Below are positions 16,301 through 24,721 of a stretch of DNA of 53,052 nucleotides, piece after piece. Numbering within the stretch: the stretch's first letter is position 1; every line of letters begins with the position of its first letter. Under the pieces are notes generated by a model. It saw only the letters and a program-made list of their open reading frames with translations. It was not told the origin of the DNA and ran no database searches. Position numbers and translations under genes: made by a program. The stretch covers positions 1-53,052 of the forward strand of contig RFTN01000005.1 in assembly GCA_009923445.1 (NCBI GenBank), written 5' to 3'. This DNA is from a bacterium. Lineage in GTDB: Bacteria; Patescibacteriota; Saccharimonadia; Saccharimonadales; SZUA-47.

Positions 16301-19242
16301 GGCCACCAATAGTGGAAAAAGTTCACAAGCAGCGCCTTGATATGTGATCCATCCACATCCGAATCCGTAAGAAGCATCACCTTTCCATATCGCAACTCTG
16401 AAGTGTCCTTGTAAACCTTGTCTTGTTTCAATCCAATGATTTGCTTAAGATTGTTTATTTCTTCATTGTTGATAAGCTGTGAGATTGTTGCATCACGTAT
16501 ATTCAAGCAATTATGTGTAATAGTAAAATCATTGATTAAAAACCTACTATTCCCATCAATCCCTATCCCTACATAATTTCCATCATCCGTTTCTTTGATT
16601 TTTATAGTACCAGTCGAGCTTCTTATATTATATAGTATAGTACTCCTTGACTGTTTACGTTGTAACAAAGTAGGGATAATACTTGTATCCCCTGACACCA
16701 TAATACGATATGCATTAGCCTTTTGGCCCGATTCTCTATAATAGTAATTTGTTTTTTTATCCGACACATGTGTATAAAATCCTAAAGAACGTGATAAATA
16801 TACAATGTCATCCACTAATGCTTTATGTTTAGTTGATTGGCAGATTTCAATTCTACCATTTTCAAATACATGCCCATCCGTATCAATGATACCAGCTAAT
16901 ACTTTTAACCTGATTTCTTTTGAATTTATTAAATATTCCTTTGGAATATGTTTATTGTTTATTAAATTGTATTGAGAAAGAAAACCTCTCAGTGGTGCAT
17001 ACCCCTTTTTTTTGTAATTTTGGATTGAGGATATACTATATGTAAATCTACGATGCGTTGATTCAGTAAATTTGGCATCATTATCGTTCCCCCAGTTGCT
17101 TAGGTATTCAATTAGGTGAAAGTCCTCTATTCCATCACTAGGGTTTGCATATCCTGATTTCATACCATCTCCCAACCATAAACCAAGAACATAAGGGTCT
17201 AGTGTAACCTCTTTGTATTCCCAATTCACACATTGTCCTCGTATACCTTTTAATTTTCTTTGATGTCCTTTTGGTATATTCAAGTAATCCTGAATGTTAA
17301 TATCAATGATATTATTATCATCAACATTTGATAGAAATTCTTCCAAGATTGTACGTGCTTTAATTACTTCAATGTCATGTTTGTCTTTATTTTCCAACTC
17401 ATAAGGTATGTATTCAACATTTTTATGTTTTCTTGTATAATGCCTTTTAACAGACTTAGTATTTATCATGACACCACATTCCTTACACTTGACCTTTATA
17501 GATGCTTGACTTTCTTTCCTTATTATCTTTTTTTCTTTTTTGTCCCAATAAATTGTCCTCCATGTATAATTTGATGGTACCCAATAAATTCGTTTATGTT
17601 CTGGCATACATAATGTCAGTATATGTTCATCATTTACTTTATAACTTTCACCTCTATCTTGGGATATTTCATACATTTTACCATAACCTTTGTAAAGTGT
17701 TAATACTGTTCTTGGATTTCCATCATCTCCAATGACAATGTCTCCAATATCAATATCTTTTGCTAATTTAATCTCGCCATTCCATAAAGGTATTTTTGTA
17801 TCCCATGAATTACATTTACCTTTTAAGGGCATAACCCCATACTTTTCAGGTCCGACCACGGAGCGCCCCCACATTGCAAACGTCTTGGCTGAATCTCCCT
17901 CTGTTAAAATAAGGGTGCATTGATTTGAACGCGCTGTCCCAGCCCACAATGCATCTTCTAGCTTTGGGATGTACACCTTGCTTTTCTTTGAGCCGTCAGT
18001 TTGCTTGCTTAGGGACACGGATTCCCTGACCTTGCAAAATTCCACTAATTCATCTGTTATAGAACTTTTGTACAGTTTTGTCATAAAGTTGTCAGTGACC
18101 GTTATTGTACATCCAAAGTCCTTAGAGGGAGTAGTTAACTGTTCCTTTGTTTGACTGTTAAAAGAAGGATTGGCAACTGTTGATCTAAGAAAAAAGAAAA
18201 ATCTGTCTTTGATGAAATTGGGCTTGAGGTCTTTTAACTTTTTCTTGTCTTCAAGTATCTTTTTTAGTTTGTTGATAATCTGATAAAGAATGTAGTCAAC
18301 GTGCTTTCCTCCTTGAGTTGTTGCATTTCCATTAACGAATGAAACTTGTTCGTAATGTGTGTAAGGCACCACTGCGTACTCCCATACGTACTCTGTGACT
18401 TCTCCATTTTTGCTTTTAATCTTTTCTGTATGTGCTTCGTGAATCACCTTTTCATCAAAGTAGTACTTTGTGTAGTCCACAAGACCCTTGCCCTTGAGCT
18501 TTTCATTATTTAAATACACTTGCACATGGTCGTTTGTACATGCTATGCAATCTAATACACGCTTTTGTAAAAGTAATACCGTGTCATCGTCGAGGTGATC
18601 CATCTCAAAACGAGGGTAGTCTGGTACAAACGTAATCTTTGTATAACTTTTTCCCGAATTTGTTGTAATTTTTGCTTTTGTACGTTTTGTCATATTGTCC
18701 GTGTACTCTTGTACAAACTTTTTCTTTTGATCTGAATCAAGTGTTTCTACTATAAATTTTTTTGAGTATATATTCACGCAATTTGATCCGATACCATTTG
18801 TCCCCGCCCCTGTTCGTACGACAGTGTCATCATAATTGCTACCAGACAACAAGTGCCCAAATATCAATTCAGGAACGTATATACCATGCTCCGTGTGGAC
18901 TTGTACAGGTATACCGGTTCCGTTGTTATATACACTTATTTCACCAGTAGTCTTGTCAAAGTCTACTTTAATTGTAGTTACAGTTGGATCCCTAAACGAA
19001 TGATCCGTTGCATTTGTCAAAATTTCATCAAAAATCTTTATAAACCCTGGTGTGTACTGTATCATTTTCTTTTTCATTTGATAACCAGATTCCCCTTTTT
19101 CTGCAACCCATAATTCTTCTGTTTGTTTTTTAATAGATCCAATATACATGCCCGGACGCTCAAGCACATGCTCCCTTTGTGTCAACTTTTTGTACGTGTC
19201 CTCCACCTTTTTCTTTTGGTTGGCCATTGCAAATATATACAT
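13348..19242 (-). CDS. TOP2: DNA topoisomerase II (type IIA), precursor containing two inteins
   Basis: 1964-aa ORF. It has the ATPase domain (LERPGMYIGS, ILTNATDH), TOPRIM (LTEGDSAK...PLKGK|intein|CLNIRDA, LLTDSDVDGSHI) and the breakage-reunion domain (DGLKPSQRKILY...PDGNFG|intein|SRLQHGKDAASPRYIYT, with the catalytic Tyr). The extein total is 1137 aa. An alternative ATG is at 19227 (MANQKKK). Confidence 0.95.
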   Translation of the reverse strand: MYIFAMANQKKKVEDTYKKLTQREHVLERPGMYIGSIKKQTEELWVAEKGESGYQMKKKMIQYTPGFIKIFDEILTNATDHSFRDPTVTTIKVDFDKTTGEISVYNNGTGIPVQVHTEHGIYVPELIFGHLLSGSNYDDTVVRTGAGTNGIGSNCVNIYSKKFIVETLDSDQKKKFVQEYTDNMTKRTKAKITTNSGKSYTKITFVPDYPRFEMDHLDDDTVLLLQKRVLDCIACTNDHVQVYLNNEKLKGKGLVDYTKYYFDEKVIHEAHTEKIKSKNGEVTEYVWEYAVVPYTHYEQVSFVNGNATTQGGKHVDYILYQIINKLKKILEDKKKLKDLKPNFIKDRFFFFLRSTVANPSFNSQTKEQLTTPSKDFGCTITVTDNFMTKLYKSSITDELVEFCKVRESVSLSKQTDGSKKSKVYIPKLEDALWAGTARSNQCTLILTEGDSAKTFAMWGRSVVGPEKYGVMPLKGKCNSWDTKIPLWNGEIKLAKDIDIGDIVIGDDGNPRTVLTLYKGYGKMYEISQDRGESYKVNDEHILTLCMPEHKRIYWVPSNYTWRTIYWDKKEKKIIRKESQASIKVKCKECGVMINTKSVKRHYTRKHKNVEYIPYELENKDKHDIEVIKARTILEEFLSNVDDNNIIDINIQDYLNIPKGHQRKLKGIRGQCVNWEYKEVTLDPYVLGLWLGDGMKSGYANPSDGIEDFHLIEYLSNWGNDNDAKFTESTHRRFTYSISSIQNYKKKGYAPLRGFLSQYNLINNKHIPKEYLINSKEIRLKVLAGIIDTDGHVFENGRIEICQSTKHKALVDDIVYLSRSLGFYTHVSDKKTNYYYRESGQKANAYRIMVSGDTSIIPTLLQRKQSRSTILYNIRSSTGTIKIKETDDGNYVGIGIDGNSRFLINDFTITHNCLNIRDATISQLINNEEINNLKQIIGLKQDKVYKDTSELRYGKVMLLTDSDVDGSHIKALLVNFFHYWWPSLIKLDYIQTLKTPIVKAIKGKQVVEFFTEQDYIKWKNSGVSLNGYQIRYFKGLGTSKKEDAKDTFKRLEELKVDYYYKDKRCDESILLAFDKDKNNKSTDKCTDKRKRWLSEYDRDVYLDMNQKRVSYQDLINKELIHFSIYDNLRSIPSLCDGLKPSQRKILYYMLKKSKTQLIKVAQLSGYVSAETAYHHGEASLQGAIINMAQRFVGSNNINLLYPDGNFGCLDPNTEILLWNGTFKKARDVIVGDKLIGDDGTIRTVLQTTSGVDTMYKITTNKNDSYTVNSKHILTLKFANNKVIQWKESGKYWRVSYFDTTKMKECHKSMSTCESSEHEHYNKSTLTKQEAHDKLKQFIDTVDSPDDGIIDIKVDDFLQLPSSTKSKFYSINNSSCIDWESKEVPINPYILGTWIGDGNSNGSGITTIDEEILREWVTYMDSINCELTHDKVDLENHDKLLQRKCNFLNDKHIPIEYIVNSKDVRLQLLAGIIDTDGTVTYDTTNNVPIVEICQSKRLRHHIIKSIEFLCNSLGFRTTVGEANLTKEGESTVLSVINIYGDNLDTIPTRVKRKQISSYSRVANAYINSFKVECVNNGQFNGWQLDGNERFLLNNFIITHNSRLQHGKDAASPRYIYTRLCDITQCIFNPNDTPLLNFLDDDGVSIEPEWYIPIIPMVLVNGCEGIGTGYSTYIPSFNPVDIINTLLQLIDKDDYKPLSLKPYFNGFNGIVEEVDKGMYVTKGKWERLSDKQIKITEIPVGMGVTIYKEFLESLIEGTSKTNKPKDKKKKFELKDVQNKTRDENDDILFIVEFKNAADLDHLVVSGELEKELKLVKSFTTNNMYLFNESLVLKKYQDPNDILLEFFEIRLRYYTLRRQHLISVLQEELEVLRAKARFIHEYITGDIQVHKKTMVQVHKQLEDRSYHKVDGAYDFLTRMQIASLTDEQITSLEQMIGKSQARLDDVRSKTDRDLWRDDLSELKTKLLQ
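14449..15624 (-). mobile_element. Intein 2 of TopoII (392 aa) with a LAGLIDADG homing-endonuclease domain
   Basis: It starts CLDPNTEILLWNG (block A), has block B NSKHILTL and LAGLIDADG motifs YILGTWIGDG and LQLLAGIIDTDG, and ends FLLNNFIITHN with +1 Ser. It is inserted 14 residues upstream of the catalytic Tyr. In frame, residues 1207-1598. Confidence 0.9.
16510..17814 (-). mobile_element. Intein 1 of TopoII (435 aa) with a LAGLIDADG homing-endonuclease domain
   Basis: It starts CNSWDTKIPLWNG, has block B NDEHILTL and LAGLIDADG motifs YVLGLWLGDG and LKVLAGIIDTDG, and ends FLINDFTITHN with +1 Cys. It is inserted in the TOPRIM PL(R/K)GK|(I/C)LN motif. In frame, residues 477-911. Confidence 0.9.
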
Positions 19243-19281
19243 AACAGTTCTTTAAATTCACTTTTTACGCCTGAAACGAAC

Positions 19282-19292
19282 TTTTAATTTAG
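19282..19292 (+). promoter_or_regulatory. TTTTAATTTAG 11-mer, 13 nt upstream of the fibre-gene ATG
   Basis: Identical to 7766-7776. It lies in the 62-nt divergent region between TopoII and the fibre gene. Confidence 0.25.
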
Positions 19293-19304
19293 CTGCAGAT
19301 TGTA

Positions 19305-22300
19305 ATGCCAAAGCCGGTTGTGAACAACAGGATTACATACCCGAATCTATATGGGCGGGTTATTGAACATGACATGTTTCTTAATCAAGGTGTGCGGTTA
19401 GAAGATTCACCTACATTTGCCAATTTGCAGTTGACAGGAAACGCTGTAATTAATGGAAGTTTATATGTTTATGGCAACACAGTGGTGATGAATACCAATA
19501 TAACAGAGTTTGAAGACAATATTTTATTATTAAATCGTCTTGAAACGGGCCCTGGAGTAACTTTGAATCAGTCGGGCATAGAAATAGATCGTGGAACCTT
19601 GGAGAATTACAGGATCGTATACAATGAATCAGATGGGACTTTTCGTTCCGGGGTACTCAGTGATCTACGGATCATTGTACACAAGGAGCCTACAAGTTTA
19701 AACAACGGAATCGTATTTTGGAACGACGCTCTTAAACGTGTTGAGTCACGTGACACCATAGATATCGCAATACGTTCAAGTGTGACTGCAGAGTCTACGA
19801 GTGCGACTACGGGTGGGGTGTGCCTGGCGGGAGGATTGGGTGTCAAGGGGAACATATACACAAATGGCAAAATTGTCTTGGGGAACAACGCAACGACATT
19901 TCAGAATGTATCTGGAGAAACGGTTATAACATCTACAGGGGGGATCACATTTAATTCGACAGGAGCTATGTTTCCGTACAACAAAAAAGTATCTTTTGGC
20001 AATAGTACACAGAGTATATCTGCAGATGCCGGTACAAAAACATTGTCCATTACTGGGGATGGTTACATTGATTTCAGCCTTCGATCGGGGTATAGTATTA
20101 ACGTCCCAAATCAAATACCTATAACCTTTTCTACACAAAACGAAAAGGTGTATACGGACGGCAGCAATAACATGGTCATTGCGGGTTCACAGGACATTCT
20201 ACTGAACCCTGGGTCGAATAAAAAGGTGCTTGTGCCAGAAACAGCATCAATTGCATTTTACAATGCAACGCAACGTATATATGGTACGATAGCAGCTGAT
20301 TTGATGCTGACAGCTGGAAACGACATTTACCTCACTCCGGGGGGTTTAAAGGACGTAAAGGTGCCGGTGGACAGTGGTGTGCGATTTGGCACTTCAAGGG
20401 TGTCTTGTGATAGTGCGGATACCTTGCAGGTTACAAGTGTAGGAGACATCAAGTTAAATCCGGGCACATCTGTAAAAATTCCTGTAGAAACTGCCTTGTC
20501 ATTTGGCAACAGTACAGGAGAGACGATTCGTGCCGATACATATGGCAACTTGAACATGGGTGCTGGGGGGTCTGTAGTTGTAATGAGCTCTACAAACTCG
20601 GTGCATCCCAGCAGTGGTAGTTTAGTTGTCAAGGGGGGCATTGGAGTAGGTCGTGATGTGTGCATTGCAGGAGATCTTCAAGTAAATGGAAATATGACTG
20701 TGCAGGGAACAACTGTGACAGTCGATACTCAAACATTACTTGTAAAGGATAACTTGATTGTACTGAACAATGGTCCTTCACCGGCAGCCGACGGAGGTAT
20801 TCTTTTCAAGAGGTATGCAAACGGTGTTGACAATGCACTTGGTCAAAACTATGCAGCGGTATTCTACAAAGAGTCACGTGACTTGATGACATTTGCGTAC
20901 ACCAACAGCGATCCTGGAGCGGGTCAGGTAAATATTTCAGAGTATCTAGGAATTGAGACGAAATTGATCAGGGTAACGGATACATCTGATGCTACAAATG
21001 TGAGCAATGGCAGTATTCAAACGCCGGGTGGACTTGCTGTTGGAAAGGCCGTAGTTGTAGGGGACACATTATTTTCATCGGCGGTAAGTACAGGGACTGT
21101 GTATGCCCTTAATGGATCTATAGGAACGCTTAGTGCAACGAACTCAATGTTCTCTCAGACGACGGTTCAAAACACAGTTGTCACAAGTTCGGCTGTATTC
21201 AAAGACCAGGTGACGTTTACAAAGGACCCCGTTGTCGAGGGCACAATGTACTTTACAAATACGCGTCCCACCACAACGTTGAGTTCAGGTGCAATGATTG
21301 TGTCTGGAGGTGTGGTGATTAGCAATACTGCCAATGCAGTTGGAGCTTTTAATGGAGGTGCATTGAACGTTGCTGGTGGCATCTGGGTGGGTGGTGACAT
21401 TCTTGTTACTGGAAGTATCAATGGAGTTGGTAATGCATCCAACTCGTATGCATATTTGACTTTGACAAGTACAGATCAAGCGGTAAACAGCACATCGGGA
21501 TCATTAGTGACATTTGGTGGTATTACGGTCATGTCGACTGCTTCTGCACAATCGGTGACAAATGGAGGGGGTCTGCTTGTATTGGGTGGTGCAAGCATTG
21601 TGAAAAATGTAATCGTGGGGGAGTCATTTACTTCTGATTCTGTCAACACAGGTGACTTGACTGTAGACAGGTCGTTTGGGTACAATGGAAATGGGCTCAT
21701 GGATTACATTACACAATCTGGATGGAATTACTTAGGGACACTGCAAGCCAACGAGTTTACAGAGTTTGTTCTCACAGGTAACATGGCGCAAATGGGATTC
21801 CTTTTTGCTGTAGACAATGCCGGTATGTTCAAGCCAATGGTGACAAAACGTGGCACCGTGGCCTCATGTACAGTAGTCGTGTACGCTTACCTGCAGTCGT
21901 ATTATGTATTTGTACGTACGACTGATGTAACCGCTTTGCACGTGCAAGTAAAGCGTGGGGAGTCATTTACGGTGACATACGAGGGAAATGGTGTAAATCC
22001 CAACGGAACGGAGAGCGGGTATACGGGTGGGTATACAGTTGTGTACAACTCAAGCAATACGGATGTATTTACAACAGTGACAGTTGGAAGTACTTTTATT
22101 CATGGAGACTTGGCGTCCTCGTCTCCAATTACTAAATTTGGAGTTGGTAGTACTGATACAAAAGCTTTGCTACTCTCAAAATCGCAAGTGTCGAATGACA
22201 TGGGCACAGGAGAGATTGCAGGAGACACAATGAACGCGATCGTGTCTTTTGTACTTCCGGCGCAACTGGCGGTGGGGTCTAGTCAGGTCAAGTTACCGAA

Positions 22301-23618
22301 TACCGCAAGCTCGACGGACTCTTTTTATCGTGAATATTGGATTCGGGCGGGTAATCAGGTTCGACAGATTGTAGGTTACACAGGTTCACAACGTGTGGTA
22401 CAAGTGGACATTCCTTTTACGGTGCAGCCGGCTGAATTAGACACGGTGTATCTATTCAATGGGAGTTACACGGGACTGTACCCAAACGGGGATGTGTACA
22501 AGATTGCTCGTGTGGATGTGGTTGACGGTACAATTGGAGTTGTAAGGCTATGTGATTTATCTATATCAAGTGCATTTATACAAAGTGACCTTACTGCAAC
22601 AGGAGGGATCACGGTATTATCTACAAGAGACACTACGAGTTTGACGAGCGGTGCGTTAACGGTTAGTGGTGGTGTGGGTATAGGTGGAGGTCTGTGTGTT
22701 GGAGACGTGGTCAATGTGTACAATGATTTGATTTTCCATGGGACAAATAATTCAATACACTTGGGCAATTATCACCTTGCGTATAGTACATCGGGTTTGA
22801 CACTATTTACAGGAACCGCAGCTACACTTTATATGGCGACATCTGGGGGTGTCTATTGCTCAGGATTAACACTAGAACAGGGGACAATCATTACACCAAA
22901 TACACAAGGCATTTTGGGGCTTTCGGGAGACACTTTTGGGTCTGTGGGGTCTAGAGTAATAGTAGGAGATCGCACAGAGTTGTTTGCACGTACAACTGGA
23001 AGTGTAAATGTAGGCGTGGGAACAACAGCTAAACTTGTTGTCAGTGAAGACCACTTGGATATTCGGTGCACACAGTACAGTGAGTCAAGTAGTACAGGTG
23101 CCCTGCGTGTGGACGGTGGAATAACGGTGCGATCACAACAAAACAGTGTGTCTGTGACAAATGGAGGTTCATTGACTGTCATGGGTGGTGTATCGATTGT
23201 AAAGGACTTGTTTATAGGAGGAAACATTTACCTAAATGGCAATGTTCAAAGTACTGGTGCTTCGGAGACGCCAAGTTTGACATTCAGTGGAGCAACGAAT
23301 TGTAATGTGATTGGGTACAGTAATTCGTCACTGATATATGTGAGTAACGAGGCAATGTTTACATTCACTTCTAGTGTAGAGGCAACAGTTGCATATAGCA
23401 CGTGCCAATTCGAGTTTACAGTGCCTCGAAGAACCAATACCTTTGTAAATAGAGCCGACATTTCCATAGTGTGTTCGGGCTACACAGAGCCACTAGACGT
23501 TGTGTATGGTGTATTAGGAGTAGGAGTTGTTGGTTCTACACGTGGATTAGTCAAATTCCATAGCAATGCGGCAACAGTGCATTACATCACTGTTATGTGT
23601 AGATACACAGCAAGCTAA
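19305..23618 (+). CDS. Giant fibre-like beta-helix protein (paralogue of the 7801 and 37633 genes)
   Basis: 1437 aa. It has many GG(I/L/V)(G/T/S)(V/I) turns (AGGLGVKGNIY, KGGIGVGRDVCIAGDL, SGGVGIGGGLCVGD, MGGVSIVKDLFIGGNIYLNG). It shares modules with 37633-41340: YAYLTLTSTDQAVNSTSGSLVTFGGITV, LLVKDNLIVLNNGP, YYREYWIRAGNQVRQIVGY. Confidence 0.85.
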   Translation: MPKPVVNNRITYPNLYGRVIEHDMFLNQGVRLEDSPTFANLQLTGNAVINGSLYVYGNTVVMNTNITEFEDNILLLNRLETGPGVTLNQSGIEIDRGTLENYRIVYNESDGTFRSGVLSDLRIIVHKEPTSLNNGIVFWNDALKRVESRDTIDIAIRSSVTAESTSATTGGVCLAGGLGVKGNIYTNGKIVLGNNATTFQNVSGETVITSTGGITFNSTGAMFPYNKKVSFGNSTQSISADAGTKTLSITGDGYIDFSLRSGYSINVPNQIPITFSTQNEKVYTDGSNNMVIAGSQDILLNPGSNKKVLVPETASIAFYNATQRIYGTIAADLMLTAGNDIYLTPGGLKDVKVPVDSGVRFGTSRVSCDSADTLQVTSVGDIKLNPGTSVKIPVETALSFGNSTGETIRADTYGNLNMGAGGSVVVMSSTNSVHPSSGSLVVKGGIGVGRDVCIAGDLQVNGNMTVQGTTVTVDTQTLLVKDNLIVLNNGPSPAADGGILFKRYANGVDNALGQNYAAVFYKESRDLMTFAYTNSDPGAGQVNISEYLGIETKLIRVTDTSDATNVSNGSIQTPGGLAVGKAVVVGDTLFSSAVSTGTVYALNGSIGTLSATNSMFSQTTVQNTVVTSSAVFKDQVTFTKDPVVEGTMYFTNTRPTTTLSSGAMIVSGGVVISNTANAVGAFNGGALNVAGGIWVGGDILVTGSINGVGNASNSYAYLTLTSTDQAVNSTSGSLVTFGGITVMSTASAQSVTNGGGLLVLGGASIVKNVIVGESFTSDSVNTGDLTVDRSFGYNGNGLMDYITQSGWNYLGTLQANEFTEFVLTGNMAQMGFLFAVDNAGMFKPMVTKRGTVASCTVVVYAYLQSYYVFVRTTDVTALHVQVKRGESFTVTYEGNGVNPNGTESGYTGGYTVVYNSSNTDVFTTVTVGSTFIHGDLASSSPITKFGVGSTDTKALLLSKSQVSNDMGTGEIAGDTMNAIVSFVLPAQLAVGSSQVKLPNTASSTDSFYREYWIRAGNQVRQIVGYTGSQRVVQVDIPFTVQPAELDTVYLFNGSYTGLYPNGDVYKIARVDVVDGTIGVVRLCDLSISSAFIQSDLTATGGITVLSTRDTTSLTSGALTVSGGVGIGGGLCVGDVVNVYNDLIFHGTNNSIHLGNYHLAYSTSGLTLFTGTAATLYMATSGGVYCSGLTLEQGTIITPNTQGILGLSGDTFGSVGSRVIVGDRTELFARTTGSVNVGVGTTAKLVVSEDHLDIRCTQYSESSSTGALRVDGGITVRSQQNSVSVTNGGSLTVMGGVSIVKDLFIGGNIYLNGNVQSTGASETPSLTFSGATNCNVIGYSNSSLIYVSNEAMFTFTSSVEATVAYSTCQFEFTVPRRTNTFVNRADISIVCSGYTEPLDVVYGVLGVGVVGSTRGLVKFHSNAATVHYITVMCRYTAS

Positions 23619-23647
23619 TTTACGATATTTTTTTACAATGGGATTGT

Positions 23648-24187
23648 ATGGATTTTATTATACTCTTTGTTTTATTTATTTTTGTGTTGTTATTGAGTGC
23701 CTCCTTATCAGCAGTGGTATACACAATCTCAAACATGGTTCTCCTAACGGCAGGCCCACAAACAGTTCCTACAACTGCACTTCCTACAATTGCACCAACT
23801 GTTGCCTCCACGCCAATCTCTGTAAAAGGTGGTCAACCGACGTTTCCGCCCGGGTGTGTAAACCATTGGAAATATCAAAATGGATCTAACGTATCGGGTC
23901 CATACACTGGATGTATAACGGATGGAGGAGACCCATTTTGTATGTTGCCAGCTTATGTAGCAGGTGGACAACAAAATGTGACATGGAAATACACAGACAA
24001 TCTGGATGACCCGGATTGTCTGACAAATTGGAATTTTTATACTCCACAGGGCAACATTGTTAAGGGTGGCACAGGTATTCCAAGAACGATTACATGGGAT
24101 AGTGCAAACGATGTTACCCAAAGGTGGTGCCCTTTAAGAACGTATGTAAAGGGTGGTCCTGAAAACAAAGCTTGGAAAAAATGTTGA
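23648..24187 (+). CDS. Secreted or membrane-anchored Cys/Trp-rich protein, possibly FN2/kringle-like
   Basis: 179 aa with an N-terminal hydrophobic anchor, a Thr/Pro linker, then GCVNHWKYQNG...YTGCITDGGDPFCML...W.Y.D..DPDC and ...RWCPLRTYVKGG. The fold assignment is weak. Confidence 0.6.
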   Translation: MDFIILFVLFIFVLLLSASLSAVVYTISNMVLLTAGPQTVPTTALPTIAPTVASTPISVKGGQPTFPPGCVNHWKYQNGSNVSGPYTGCITDGGDPFCMLPAYVAGGQQNVTWKYTDNLDDPDCLTNWNFYTPQGNIVKGGTGIPRTITWDSANDVTQRWCPLRTYVKGGPENKAWKKC

Positions 24188-24188
24188 T

Positions 24189-24680
24189 TTAAGATGTACT
24201 CCCAAAACCTCTTGTACTGCGACTGGTTTTGCGATGGTTTCCAACAATTTCGAGTTTGACTGTGCTGAGATCGCCATTGACAAGTTGTGCGTAACGTTCG
24301 CCGCGTTTAATCAAATATGGTCGATTGCTTATATTGTGCATAGGCATCTTGATATTTCCCAAATACCCGGCATCAATGAGTCCTATTGAATTCTGCATAA
24401 TCAAAGGTGTTTTATAGATGCTTGACCTTGGCATCAACAAGTAACTGTGATACTGGTAAACAGATTTATTCTTGAACCACTCCCAAAACTTGTGGTTATA
24501 GGATCTGCATTGACACGAAACCCCAAAATCGACAAGAGTTGTTTTATTAGGTTCAAGAATCTGGTCTTCTATGACAAAAAGATCCAATCCAGCATCATCT
24601 AGATAAAAAGAAGAATGACCTGTATACAACTCCAAGTCATATGCATTAATGACTTTAACTAAAAAGGTCCTTGGAGACAT
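24189..24680 (-). CDS. DUT: dUTP pyrophosphatase (trimeric dUTPase)
   Basis: All five motifs are present: AGLDL, PRSS, GLIDAGYLGNI, GERYAQLV, RGFGSTS. The track start at 24701 is TTG and the first ATG is at 24680 (MSPRTF...). Confidence 0.9.
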   Translation of the reverse strand: MSPRTFLVKVINAYDLELYTGHSSFYLDDAGLDLFVIEDQILEPNKTTLVDFGVSCQCRSYNHKFWEWFKNKSVYQYHSYLLMPRSSIYKTPLIMQNSIGLIDAGYLGNIKMPMHNISNRPYLIKRGERYAQLVNGDLSTVKLEIVGNHRKTSRSTRGFGSTS

Positions 24681-24721
24681 GATTTGAGTTTTATTATACA
24701 ATTACCTTTAAATGCACGATT

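Noticed and set aside
13348-19242. The 1964-aa ORF read as a fusion of topoisomerase II with unrelated genes, or as a mis-assembly.
   Set aside because: Both insertions have the canonical intein boundaries (Cys1 ... His-Asn / Cys or Ser +1), are in frame, and interrupt otherwise contiguous conserved Top2 motifs.
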